From positions 1,509 to 65,508 of the forward strand of contig JAUXAL010000008.1 of assembly GCA_030619925.1 (NCBI GenBank): a stretch of DNA of 64,000 nucleotides. The letters are read 5' to 3'. Source of the stretch: Phycisphaerae bacterium. Its GTDB lineage: Bacteria; Planctomycetota; Phycisphaerae; Sedimentisphaerales; Anaerobacaceae. This document shows positions 17,123 to 26,404 of this stretch, in pieces; the stretch's first letter is position 1; each line of letters starts with the position of its first letter. The notes beneath the pieces were generated by a model. It saw nothing but the letters and a program-made list of their open reading frames with translations, was not told the DNA's origin and did no database searches. A program made the position numbers and the translations under genes.

Positions 17123-18448
17123 CTATTTCTCGCTCTTTATTTTGCGGAAACAACTTTTAGCTGCTTCAATAGTCTTTTCAATATCGGCCTTGCTGTGAGC
17201 TAATGAGACAAACATTGCCTCGTAAGCACTTGGAGCAAGATAAATGCCCTGCTCTAACATCTCCGCAAAGAATCTTTTGAACCGTTTTATATTGGTTGAC
17301 TGAACATCGGCAAAGTTCCGCACTTCTCTTTCAGTGAAGAAACAGCTCATAATCGAGCCGACACGATTAATTGTAACAGCAATACCAGCCTCTTTAGCGG
17401 CATCAGCCAGGCCGGCCTCTAACATTGCTGCTGAAGACTCAAGTCTGCGATAGCAATCTTCTTTTGTCAGTATATCGAGTGTCGCATTGGCTGCTGCTGT
17501 TGCGATTGGGTTGCCGGACAGCGTGCCCGCCTGATAGACCGGCCCGGTTGGGGCCAGCATATCCATGATATCGGCTCGGCCGCCGAGGGCCGCTGCCGGC
17601 AGGCCACCTCCAATGATTTTGCCTAAACAGGTAATATCAGCTTTTACCCCGAAAAGCTCCTGTGCTCCCCCGAGGGCCAAGCGAAAGCCGGTTATCACCT
17701 CGTCAAATATCAAAAGCGAATCGTCTTGGTCGCACAAATTCCGAAGCGTCTGCAAGTATCCCTCAACTGGTGGCACCACGCCCATATTCGCAGCGACAGG
17801 CTCAACGAGAACCGCTGCGATTTTTCCTTTGTGCGTTCCGAAGGCGGCCTTTGCCGCCTCGATATCGTTATACGGAATTACGACGGTCAGCTTCGCAATC
17901 GAATCAGGAACACCCCCACTCGAAGCGATGGCACCTTCGGCAAGGCCCGAGCCTGCAGCCACCAGCAATGAATCGCTGTGGCCGTGATAACAGCCGGCCA
18001 TTTTGATAATGTAGGGGCGGTTCGCGAACCGCCCGTACTTTTTTGGGGTATATGCACGGGCCAGCCGGATAGCGGTCATTACCGCCTCAGTGCCGCTGCT
18101 TACAAGCCGCACCTTCTCGATGGAATCAAAGGCGGCGATTATTTTCTTAGCCAGAGCAGTCTCAGCTAACGTCGGTGCTCCGAACGACGTGCCTTTCTCC
18201 ACCGCGGCGCCGATAGCTTTCAATACCTCCGGATGCGCGTGTCCGAGTATCATCGGCCCCCACGAGCCGACGTAGTCGATGTATTCATTGCCGTCAATAT
18301 CGTGGATTTTTGAGCCCTTTGCCCCGGCGACAAAAACAGGACCAATATCCACCCCGCCAAAGGCCCTCACCGGCGAATTGACGCCGCCCGGCAGACAATT
18401 ACACGCCTCGGCAAAGGCCTGTGCCGATTTATTTGACTTCTCTGTCAT
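17123..18448 (-). CDS. hemL: glutamate-1-semialdehyde 2,1-aminomutase
   Basis: LPGGVNSPVRAF, GCYHGH, DEVITGFR and CLGKIIGGGLP motifs. Start set at ATG 18448 (MTEKSNKS), since the upstream part of the ORF is heptamer repeat. Confidence 0.9.
   Translation of the reverse strand: MTEKSNKSAQAFAEACNCLPGGVNSPVRAFGGVDIGPVFVAGAKGSKIHDIDGNEYIDYVGSWGPMILGHAHPEVLKAIGAAVEKGTSFGAPTLAETALAKKIIAAFDSIEKVRLVSSGTEAVMTAIRLARAYTPKKYGRFANRPYIIKMAGCYHGHSDSLLVAAGSGLAEGAIASSGGVPDSIAKLTVVIPYNDIEAAKAAFGTHKGKIAAVLVEPVAANMGVVPPVEGYLQTLRNLCDQDDSLLIFDEVITGFRLALGGAQELFGVKADITCLGKIIGGGLPAAALGGRADIMDMLAPTGPVYQAGTLSGNPIATAAANATLDILTKEDCYRRLESSAAMLEAGLADAAKEAGIAVTINRVGSIMSCFFTEREVRNFADVQSTNIKRFKRFFAEMLEQGIYLAPSAYEAMFVSLAHSKADIEKTIEAAKSCFRKIKSEK
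18015..18034. repeat. perfect 20-nt palindrome inside hemL coding sequence
   Basis: gggcggttcgcgaaccgccc equals its own reverse complement. It encodes GRFANRP within an 8-aa segment absent from the ARxxTGRxKIIKFxGCYHG region as remembered for E. coli HemL. Confidence 0.85.
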
Positions 18449-18479
18449 CTGTCCTCTGTAATCTGTCCTCTGTCTTTCT
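18438..18479. repeat. 6 tandem heptamers (TNNTCTG) overlapping the hemL start codon
   Basis: ttctctg tcatctg tcctctg taatctg tcctctg tctttct. Confidence 0.8.
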
Positions 18480-18634
18480 ATCATAAGACGATTGGCGGCA
18501 AAATTCAAACTATTTGTATAAACTCCGGCCACAACAGTTTTTGCAGCCAGGGGAGGACTATTTTTCTTGCAATGCCTGCGCGATTTGCTAAACTCACAAG
18601 GTTTTAGAAATTTGTCTGAAATTGGAGCAAATGT

Positions 18635-21250
18635 ATGAATTTAGTCAAGTGGTTTAGAAAAAATAACAAGAAAGTGATGGCTGTTGTGGTCATCGTTATA
18701 ATGTTCGGCTTTATCGGCGGCGGCACATTACTACAGCAGCTTAGTCGAAGAGCAACAGGGCTGCACAAAACAATAGCCTATTTCGGGGACAATAAGAAAA
18801 TAACAAACCACGACATATACGTTCTGGCACGCCAAGAGCTGGACGTCCTCAGAATGCTCAGGGCAGATCAGCTGCTAAGGTCGCAGGATTTACTGGCAGT
18901 TCTGCTGGGCGAGCTGTTGTTTGCCGAGCAGAGAACGTCACCGGCGTTGTTCAATCCTATAAAACAAACGATAAGGACAAACCAGTATAGAATCAGCGAT
19001 AGACAAATCAGCGATATGTACAGACGCTCGGTGCCGAGCGGTGTATACTGGCTGCTGCTGAAAAATGAAGCGCAGCTCGCCGGGATTAGGGTGCAAAATG
19101 AAGAGGTGGGCAAACTGCTCGGACAGGCAATACCACAACTATTCAACGGCCAGACATATTCGCAGCGAATTGGAGCACTGATAAACCAGCACAGGATTCC
19201 AGAGCAGCGGATATGGACAATATTTGGTAAATTGCTGGCGGTATTACAGTACGCCCGTATGATTTGCTCAGGCGAAGATGTTACAAGCTCCCAGATAATG
19301 CATGCGGCGAGCTGGGAAAATGAAACAATGGACGTTGAATTTGTAGAATTTGATTCGGCCGTGTTTGCCAAAACTCAAAGCCAGCCGAGCGAAGAAAGAA
19401 TGGCTGAACATTTTGACAAATACAGAAAATTTGTTGCCGGCGCTGCAAGCGAGGAAAACCCCTATGGCTTCGGGTATAAGCTGCCGGACAGAGTGCAGCT
19501 TGAATACATGGCCGTCAAACTCGATGATGTTGCGCCCATAATAACGCCGCTTACGCACCAGGAGGCTGAGGAATATTACCAAAGAAATAGAGAACAATTA
19601 TTCACTGAACAGGTACCATTGAATCCGAACGACCCAAACTCGCCGCTGACCGAACGAATAAAAAGCTATGCCGAGGTTGCAGGTGCCATTTCAGACCAGC
19701 TTCGCAAGAACAAAATAAACTCCAAAACAGAGAGCATTTTGCAGGAAGCAAAGACACTTACTGAGGCTGATTTGGAAGATATAAATGATATGGAGTTTGC
19801 GAACCTCAGTACCGAGCGGCTTGCGGAAATAGTCGGCGATTATGAAACTGCCGCCGGGCAATTAAGCGAAAAACACAATATCAAGGTATATGCAGGCCGG
19901 ACCGGTCTGCTCAGTCCAATCGATATACAAACCGATGTTCATCTTGCGACGCTGTATTTACAAGACTACGGGTATAATCCGGTGGGATTGACTCAGATCG
20001 TGTTCGCCGTCGATGAGCTGGCCGTCAGCGAGCTTGCCCCCTTTGATATGCGAAAAAAGCCGAGAATGTACGTAAATATCGGGCCGCTAACAGATATGTT
20101 CGGACAAACAATGGCGCTTATACGGGTGATTAAAGCCGAAAAGGCTTCTGAACCGGAAACCATAAATCAAACCTTTAGCACCGGTACACTTGAATTTGAG
20201 CGAGATGAAGGACAGCTAAGCGAGGATGTTTATTCGGTGGAAGAAAAAGTAGCCGAAGACTTAAAAAAACTTGCTGCAATGGATACCACAAGAAGCAAAG
20301 CAGAAGAGTTCATTGAACTGGCGGCAAAGGATGGCTGGGAGAGCGCACTTGATAAGTTTAACGAACTCCACGAACGGCAAACCACGCAGAACGAGGGCGA
20401 CCCCAACGCGCTCACGACCCCAAACGCCGAAAAAAGCGTTTCGGAACCCTTCAAGCTGCAGAGTCTTACAAACCTGCGGAGGATATCAAGGGCGACATTA
20501 GAGACATTAGCTGTGCAAAGTGCGGGCAAGCCGGCGGCACAGTTCTTCCTGAGCGACCGTAAAAAACAGCGCCGGTTCATAGACCAACTTTATTCGCTCC
20601 TGCCGCAGGACAGTAACACCGTTGACACTGTGCCTTTGATTATGGAATTCAAGCCGGATATGAGCTACTATTGTGTAAAGAATATTTCAGTTAAGCGCCT
20701 TGGGCAGGAAGAGTACGAAGGACTCAAGGCGATGCGATTATACAGAGAAGATCATACTCAGACCCAGAGCCTGGCGGCGGTCTACCTTAACCCCGAAAAT
20801 ATATTAAAACGTATGGACTTCAGGGTACTGACGATTGGGGACGTTTCGTTGGCCGAGGGCAATAGCGGCACTACGAGTTTTGTCTTTACGGTAAGTCTGT
20901 TACAGGTTTCCAGCCAGACGGTAACAGTTGACTATGCCACAGCCGATGGCACGGCGACGGTGGCGGGCAGGGACTACCAGGACACTTCCGGAACCCTGAC
21001 ATTTAATCCTGGTGAGGTATCGCAGCCTGTGACGGTTCTGGTTAACGGAGATACGGAAGTAGAGCCGGATGAGACGTTCTACGTTAACCTCTCTAATGCC
21101 ACGAACGCCGGGATATCTGACAGCCAGGGCCTGGGAACAATCCAGAATGACGATCTGGCCAGGGCCGGTGAAGAACCAGCGGATGCCGATACGCCCACTC
21201 GTCCGGGCGAAGCCCGACGTAGCCCGGTAGAATCGGAGGCAGCATCGTAA
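18635..21250 (+). CDS. membrane-anchored PpiD/SurA-N-like protein with C-terminal Calx-beta domain
   Basis: 871 aa. The N-terminal KKVMAVVVIVIMFGFIGGG anchor and long helical region resemble PpiD-type chaperones. The C-terminal LTIGDVSLAEGNSGTTSFVFTVSL...VDYATADGTA...GTLTF...VNGDTEVEPDETF is a Calx-beta signature. Confidence 0.6.
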   Translation: MNLVKWFRKNNKKVMAVVVIVIMFGFIGGGTLLQQLSRRATGLHKTIAYFGDNKKITNHDIYVLARQELDVLRMLRADQLLRSQDLLAVLLGELLFAEQRTSPALFNPIKQTIRTNQYRISDRQISDMYRRSVPSGVYWLLLKNEAQLAGIRVQNEEVGKLLGQAIPQLFNGQTYSQRIGALINQHRIPEQRIWTIFGKLLAVLQYARMICSGEDVTSSQIMHAASWENETMDVEFVEFDSAVFAKTQSQPSEERMAEHFDKYRKFVAGAASEENPYGFGYKLPDRVQLEYMAVKLDDVAPIITPLTHQEAEEYYQRNREQLFTEQVPLNPNDPNSPLTERIKSYAEVAGAISDQLRKNKINSKTESILQEAKTLTEADLEDINDMEFANLSTERLAEIVGDYETAAGQLSEKHNIKVYAGRTGLLSPIDIQTDVHLATLYLQDYGYNPVGLTQIVFAVDELAVSELAPFDMRKKPRMYVNIGPLTDMFGQTMALIRVIKAEKASEPETINQTFSTGTLEFERDEGQLSEDVYSVEEKVAEDLKKLAAMDTTRSKAEEFIELAAKDGWESALDKFNELHERQTTQNEGDPNALTTPNAEKSVSEPFKLQSLTNLRRISRATLETLAVQSAGKPAAQFFLSDRKKQRRFIDQLYSLLPQDSNTVDTVPLIMEFKPDMSYYCVKNISVKRLGQEEYEGLKAMRLYREDHTQTQSLAAVYLNPENILKRMDFRVLTIGDVSLAEGNSGTTSFVFTVSLLQVSSQTVTVDYATADGTATVAGRDYQDTSGTLTFNPGEVSQPVTVLVNGDTEVEPDETFYVNLSNATNAGISDSQGLGTIQNDDLARAGEEPADADTPTRPGEARRSPVESEAAS

Positions 21251-21663
21251 TGACGCCGCGTTCAAAAGAAAACCATGTGTTGTTTTTACTGATTGTGGGG
21301 CTGCTGGCCTGGCTCGTGCCGGGGGCGGGACATTTTCTGCTCAAAGAAAAAAAACGCGCGATAATTATATTCGCGACTATTGTCCTGACTTTCTCCACAG
21401 GGTTATATGTCGGCTCAATCGGAGTTATTAACCCCGTCGGAGCAACACCGTGGTATGTGGCACAAATTATGAATTCGCCGATGGTCGCGGGCTTGGGGCA
21501 TTTGACTACAACGAGACATTATTTTGTCTACGGCAGGCCGAACGAAATCGGACAGATATACACGAGCATCGCGGGCCTGCTCAACCTTTTGTGTATTGTA
21601 AACGCCGTTTACCTGGCTCATCTGCGCAGGGCGGAAACCGACGGAGGCTCCAAATGTCGATGA
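21250..21663 (+). CDS. small membrane protein (3-4 TM, PGAGHFLL motif)
   Basis: 137-aa ORF whose ATG overlaps the upstream stop by 1 nt (TAATG). Hydrophobic segments throughout. Confidence 0.55.
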   Translation: MTPRSKENHVLFLLIVGLLAWLVPGAGHFLLKEKKRAIIIFATIVLTFSTGLYVGSIGVINPVGATPWYVAQIMNSPMVAGLGHLTTTRHYFVYGRPNEIGQIYTSIAGLLNLLCIVNAVYLAHLRRAETDGGSKCR

Positions 21664-21905
21664 TAGGTGCTTTTGTAGTGGCGAGCTTTACTGCGCCGGA
21701 AAAAATCGGAGCAAATCCGCAATCTATGCTGTGGCTGCTGCCATTAGTAGCGGCGATAGTCGTCGTCTATAAAGCGACAAAGCTGCCGGAAATAAAAGCC
21801 GGCAACTTCCTAAAAGAAGTAGCGATTCTATTCGGTTCAATTATTGTTTTTATAGTCATAATTTCGTTGGCCCTGTGCACTTTGGCGTGGCTGATTACGG
21901 AGTGA
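21654..21905 (+). CDS. small membrane protein (2 TM)
   Basis: Internal ATG of ORF 21450..21905, preceded by a GGAGG RBS and overlapping the upstream stop. MSMIGAFVV...LPLVAAIVVVY...FIVIISLALCTLAWL. Confidence 0.5.
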   Translation: MSMIGAFVVASFTAPEKIGANPQSMLWLLPLVAAIVVVYKATKLPEIKAGNFLKEVAILFGSIIVFIVIISLALCTLAWLITE

Positions 21906-21949
21906 TTGCCGCGCCCCCCCAATCCAGCCCACTTGAGCTCGCGGGCATT

Positions 21950-22660
21950 TTAATCATTGTCCTCTGGCGAAGTCTTTTTAAGGACGCCTAACTCGACAAG
22001 AGCGTTGAAAGCCGCTTTCTGCTCCGCTTCTTTTTTGTTTGTCCCCCATGCGCCTGGAAAACGACGCTCCTCGACAACCACTTCCAGCTCAAAGCATTTG
22101 TCGTGGTCGGGTCCTTTTTCATCGAGCAGTACATAGGTCGGTGTGGAATTAAACTGTTCCTGGACGTATTGTTGCAATAACGACTTGAAATTTCCCTGAA
22201 CTTGTTCTGCATCGGCTTGCTTAATTAGTGAACCGAAAATTCTCAGGATGAAACTGCGGGCAGCGTCAAATCCGCTGTCAATATAAATTGCAGCGATAAC
22301 AGCCTCTAATACACCGGCGGCAAGAGAGCCTGACAGCGCCCTGCTGGAGGCCATACCTTTACCGACTTTCAGGAATTTGTGCAGCCTGAGCTGCCTGGAG
22401 AGCCGAGCGCAGGAGCCGCGGGAGACAAGCATACTCTTTACTTTCGTTAAGTCGCCTTCAAGATAACCTGAAAACCTCTCGAAGAGGGTTTGACAAATAA
22501 CCACAGCTAAAACGGCGTCACCGAGAAACTCCAGCCTTTCATTACTTAAAAGACGATTATCAACCGCAGAGGAATGAGTAAATGCCTGGGCTAAAAGACT
22601 TTTGTCGGAAAATTTGTGACTTATTGTCTGCTCGAGCTGCTGCAGAGTTTCTTCATCCAT
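21950..22660 (-). CDS. rnc: ribonuclease III
   Basis: NERLEFLGDAVL catalytic signature and C-terminal dsRBD (GPDHDKCFELEVVV...GWGTNKKEAEQKAA). Confidence 0.9.
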   Translation of the reverse strand: MDEETLQQLEQTISHKFSDKSLLAQAFTHSSAVDNRLLSNERLEFLGDAVLAVVICQTLFERFSGYLEGDLTKVKSMLVSRGSCARLSRQLRLHKFLKVGKGMASSRALSGSLAAGVLEAVIAAIYIDSGFDAARSFILRIFGSLIKQADAEQVQGNFKSLLQQYVQEQFNSTPTYVLLDEKGPDHDKCFELEVVVEERRFPGAWGTNKKEAEQKAAFNALVELGVLKKTSPEDND

Positions 22661-22880
22661 ATTAATACGTCCTACTTCTATAAGGACCCTGCGAGCAGAT
22701 TACGAACACCGCTACAATCAGCGGTCTTCGTAGCCGGCTCAACAAGAAAAATATCACAATATCAAAGGATAGGCCATCTGTAAAGCTCCCTACATAAGTC
22801 CCCCTTTTGTCCCGCACCGATTGAGCTTAAGCTCACGCCTGATTGGCGCGGGTTCGCAAAATGGGAACTTGGCTTACCCG

Positions 22881-23216
22881 CTAACTTACCATTTGCAAGC
22901 TTGCTAAAGCAACAAACTTGTCATCAGCAATTTCAAAAATTCCATCAAGGCCGGTTACCGTAAAGATACCTTTGGTTGCTGCGGCGACGTTACAGAAGAT
23001 AAGCCGATGCCCGCAATCGCCCAACAGCTTGCGCAGCTTCAGTAGCTTCGAGAGGCTGGAAGAAGTTATAATATCCACGCTGGAGAAGTCAACTACCACC
23101 TCACAGTTACCTCTGTCACGCACCATCTCGGTAACGGTTTTGAGTTCCTCCCCCATTTCCGGCTCCTGGGGCAAGTCCACAAGTATGACATCTTCAGACC
23201 AATCTTGAATCCCCAT
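22881..23216 (-). CDS. STAS-domain protein (anti-sigma-factor antagonist family)
   Basis: 111-aa ORF with VVDFSSVDIITSSSLSKLLKL and GHRLIFCNV pattern typical of SpoIIAA/RsbV-like STAS proteins. Confidence 0.7.
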   Translation of the reverse strand: MGIQDWSEDVILVDLPQEPEMGEELKTVTEMVRDRGNCEVVVDFSSVDIITSSSLSKLLKLRKLLGDCGHRLIFCNVAAATKGIFTVTGLDGIFEIADDKFVALASLQMVS

Positions 23217-23810
23217 CTCAATCTCCTTTTTTCAAGTCAATAAAGCTTTCGGGGTTCCCATTTTGTAACTTATTGCAAAATAGGGTCTGTCGTAAGTTTC
23301 AGATGTTTTATCGGCACACGTTTGGACTAAGTTAAACCAAAAATAGGCTGATTTTTATTTGCCTTGCAACATGGACCTATAAAAACTGCTCTTTCTGTAT
23401 CTTCAGGCGGATGCTTAATACGAGCCGTTGAAAAAGGGTAAGAATTTTATTCCTTGTCTCTTTTTGATTTTAGCTTGAAGTGACCAATAAACTAATCTCA
23501 AAACTCTCGCTCCTTCGACAAGCTCGGGACAGGCTCCGGGCCTGTTCGCCCCGCCATAAGCGGGTCTTCGACTTCGACCTCGCCGTCCCTGCCTTTGAGC
23601 GAAGCCTGGACATTTTGAATACTATGTTGCCGGGTAGTATGACAAATCTTTTGTCTTCTTCGCTCATCGCGCTTCTTCTGGTTCCTGGTTATTTGGTCCG
23701 GCGTTTTCCGTATAAATTTATATTCGGCTGCGCTGCCCGGCTCTTCATTATATTAAAACACAGGATTTGCCTGGGAAGTACAACTATCTGACGTATTTTC
23801 TAAAAGATGC

Positions 23811-23839
23811 TTGTTATGATTACCTGGCGGTGTTATAAT
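23811..23839 (+). promoter_or_regulatory. sigma70-like promoter of the thi operon
   Basis: TTGTTA - 17 nt - TATAAT, about 20 nt upstream of the TPP riboswitch. Confidence 0.5.
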
Positions 23840-23859
23840 AATACCCTTGAAAAATTTGG

Positions 23860-23968
23860 TTTTGCCAGGGGAGCGGATGACCGGAGGCAAATCCGGGCTG
23901 AAGCTGAGAAATCGCCGAGAGTGGTGACCCTACGAACCTGATCGGGTTAGGACCTGCGAAGGGAGGCA
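23860..23968 (+). promoter_or_regulatory. TPP (THI-box) riboswitch
   Basis: ccaggggagc...gggctgaagCTGAGAaatc...ACCCtacGAACCTGATCgGGTTAGgACCtGCGaAGGGAgg matches the conserved THI element core. It lies upstream of thiS-thiG-thiH. Confidence 0.85.
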
Positions 23969-23987
23969 GATAAGAGTAAGTTTGAGG

Positions 23988-24013
23988 CCCCTCTTTCGCG
24001 GAGGGGTTTTTTG
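23988..24013 (+). terminator. intrinsic terminator (riboswitch expression platform)
   Basis: cccctc-tttcgcg-gagggg followed by tttttt, between the riboswitch aptamer and the thiS ATG. Confidence 0.75.
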
Positions 24014-24030
24014 TTTCGTAAGGTTAAAGA

Positions 24031-24243
24031 ATGGAAATGCTAAAAATAAATGGCGTTGAGAAACAGTTTCCGGCTGGGCAGCTACCTCCAACTGTAGCTG
24101 AATTGTTGAAGCAGCTGGGTATTGAGGCGGCAACGGTAGTGGCTGAAGTTGATGGTCAGATTATTGAATCCAAAAAGTTTGCCCGGACGCGACTGTGCAG
24201 CGGCCAGAGTATTGAATTGGTACGATTCGTGGCCGGAGGTTAG
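24031..24243 (+). CDS. thiS: thiamine biosynthesis sulfur carrier ThiS
   Basis: 70-aa ORF ending in ...VRFVAGG (C-terminal Gly-Gly), immediately upstream of thiG. Confidence 0.85.
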   Translation: MEMLKINGVEKQFPAGQLPPTVAELLKQLGIEAATVVAEVDGQIIESKKFARTRLCSGQSIELVRFVAGG

Positions 24244-24286
24244 ATGCCAAACGCCCAAAAAAGGTATTTGGGGACCCGTTGATTGT

Positions 24287-25066
24287 ATGGATAAGTTAGT
24301 GATTGCAGAAAGACAGTTCAATTCCCGACTGCTTGTGGGAACAGGCAAGTTTGCATCGTGTGAGATTATGGCTGATGCTATCGAAAAGTCGGGCACCGAG
24401 ATCGTTACTGTTGCGCTTCGCAGAGTGGATATCGAAAACGAAAACGACGATATGCTAAGCGCAATTGACCGCAAAAAATATCTGCTGCTGCCCAACACTT
24501 CCGGTGCTCGCGATGCCGATGAGGCGGTCCGCCTTGCAAAACTGGCGCGGGCGGCAACGGGGATTGAATGGGTGAAACTCGAAGTTACGCCTGACCCGTA
24601 TTATCTGCTGCCGGATCCCGTAGAGACACTAAAGGCAGCCGAGATTCTGATAAAGGATGGCTTCGTTGTTCTGCCTTACATCAATGCGGACCCGATTTTG
24701 GCAAAGAAGCTTGAAGACGCCGGCGCTGCGACGGTGATGCCGCTTGGGAGCCCTATCGGTTCAAATCAGGGACTCAAGACCCGCTCGTCGCTGGAGATTA
24801 TAATCCAGCAGAGCAATGTGCCGGTCGTGGTTGATGCCGGGTTGGGGCTTCCCTCACACGCGGCCGAGGCAATGGAAATAGGCGCAGATGCAGTTCTGGT
24901 TAATACAGCAATTGCAACGGCGGCTGAGCCGACTGAAATGGCAAAAGCATTTAGACTCGCTGTTGAGGCAGGGCGGTTGGCTTATGAATCCGGGTCGGCA
25001 CCTGTCAGTAAAAGAGCAAGTGCTTCCAGTCCGCTGACGGGCTTTTTGAGAGATGAAAATGATTAG
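24287..25066 (+). CDS. thiG: thiazole synthase ThiG
   Basis: [19 protein letters not shown] start, NTSGA and [13 protein letters not shown] motifs. Start set at ATG 24287 within ORF 24149..25066. Confidence 0.9.
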   Translation: MDKLVIAERQFNSRLLVGTGKFASCEIMADAIEKSGTEIVTVALRRVDIENENDDMLSAIDRKKYLLLPNTSGARDADEAVRLAKLARAATGIEWVKLEVTPDPYYLLPDPVETLKAAEILIKDGFVVLPYINADPILAKKLEDAGAATVMPLGSPIGSNQGLKTRSSLEIIIQQSNVPVVVDAGLGLPSHAAEAMEIGADAVLVNTAIATAAEPTEMAKAFRLAVEAGRLAYESGSAPVSKRASASSPLTGFLRDEND

Positions 25067-26309
25067 CACACGGAAATATCTCGGCCCAGACATAAAAACG
25101 ATACTGGCTGAGAAGGGCCTCGATAGCAATGGCCGGCTCTGGCGCGACCGGCTGGAGAACACAAGTGGCAGGGAGGTTGAAAGAGCTTTGGCTTGCGCCA
25201 CCGGTAGCTATAGTTTGGAGAAGCTGTTGGCGTTTATCTCGCCGGCCGCTGAAGATTACCTTGAAGAGATGGCGCAGTTAGCCCGGCAGCTTACCGTTCA
25301 AAGATTTGGGCGGACAATCAGACTTTATGCCCCGCTGTATTTGTCCAATTTCTGCGTCAACAGCTGCCGATACTGCGGCTTCAATAGAGAAAATAAATTT
25401 AAGCGAACCAGATTGACCATTGAGCAGGCTCTTACCGAAGCTGATATTATCGCAGCCGAAGGTTTTAGAGACATACTGCTTGTCAGTAGTGAAGATAGAA
25501 AAATTGTTAGCATTGAGTATCTTACGGAACTTGCGAAGAAACTGAGAAGCAAATTCAGCTCTATCTCGATAGAAGTATATCAGATGGGCGTCGCTGAATA
25601 TGCAAAGCTCTTTGAGGCAGGTATTAAGGGAGTTACGGTCTATCAGGAAACATATGACCGGGAGGCATATGCATATTATCATCCTGCCGGCCCAAAGTCT
25701 GATTATGATAACAGATTAGACACTCCGGACCGCGTTGCTGCTGCTGGTATGCGCGAGATTGGATTGGGCGTTCTTTTGGGCCTGGTCCCGTTAGAAGTTG
25801 ACGGCTTACTTCTAACGGGACAGGCGGACTGGCGAGTTGAGACCCTGGCCTTAGCCGAACATGCTCACTACCTGGTCAAACGCTATTGGCGGTCGCGCGT
25901 GTCGTTTTCTTTTCCAAGGCTGCGGCCTGCGTACCCCGCCCCTGAAGCAGTGGCGGGGCAGTCCAAGCATCTACTTAGTGATAAGAACCTTGTACAGATG
26001 ATGATGGCACTGCGATTGTGCTTCGCTGATGCGGGACTGGTGCTGTCAACTCGGGAGCGCGCCGAATTGAGAGACCGTCTGATTAAACTTGGGACAACCA
26101 AAATGAGCGCGGGCAGCAAGACCTGTCCGGGCGGATATTCGGAGCAGACAGATGCCCCGCCGAAGGCGGGTATGATCAGACCCTGCGTTGCCGGGAGGCA
26201 ATTTGAAATTGACGATAGTCGCAGCCCGGCTCAAGTGGCCGCTATGATAAGGGCCCAGGGCGCCGAACCGGTTTGGAAAGACTGGGACAGCGCTTTTGAC
26301 GAAGATTAG
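25053..26309 (+). CDS. thiH: 2-iminoacetate synthase ThiH (radical SAM)
   Basis: [10 protein letters not shown] radical-SAM cluster motif, [16 protein letters not shown]-terminus. 418 aa, i.e. longer than remembered ThiH (about 377 aa) because of in-frame insertions. Confidence 0.9.
   Translation: MKMISTRKYLGPDIKTILAEKGLDSNGRLWRDRLENTSGREVERALACATGSYSLEKLLAFISPAAEDYLEEMAQLARQLTVQRFGRTIRLYAPLYLSNFCVNSCRYCGFNRENKFKRTRLTIEQALTEADIIAAEGFRDILLVSSEDRKIVSIEYLTELAKKLRSKFSSISIEVYQMGVAEYAKLFEAGIKGVTVYQETYDREAYAYYHPAGPKSDYDNRLDTPDRVAAAGMREIGLGVLLGLVPLEVDGLLLTGQADWRVETLALAEHAHYLVKRYWRSRVSFSFPRLRPAYPAPEAVAGQSKHLLSDKNLVQMMMALRLCFADAGLVLSTRERAELRDRLIKLGTTKMSAGSKTCPGGYSEQTDAPPKAGMIRPCVAGRQFEIDDSRSPAQVAAMIRAQGAEPVWKDWDSAFDED
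25787..25819. repeat. 33-nt perfect hairpin element (CCCGTTAGAAG ... CTTCTAACGGG) inside thiH
   Basis: 11-bp perfect stem 25787-25797 / 25809-25819 with an 11-nt loop. It encodes part of [13 protein letters not shown], which interrupts the conserved LGL / DWRV segment. Confidence 0.85.
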
Positions 26310-26404
26310 CAGGCCATGCAAATATCCGGGCGTCACACTTTTCCATCGTTATCAATTGGTGATGATTCCGGCCCTTTAATCTTGCCGGCCAGCGGCCGGT
26401 CTGC

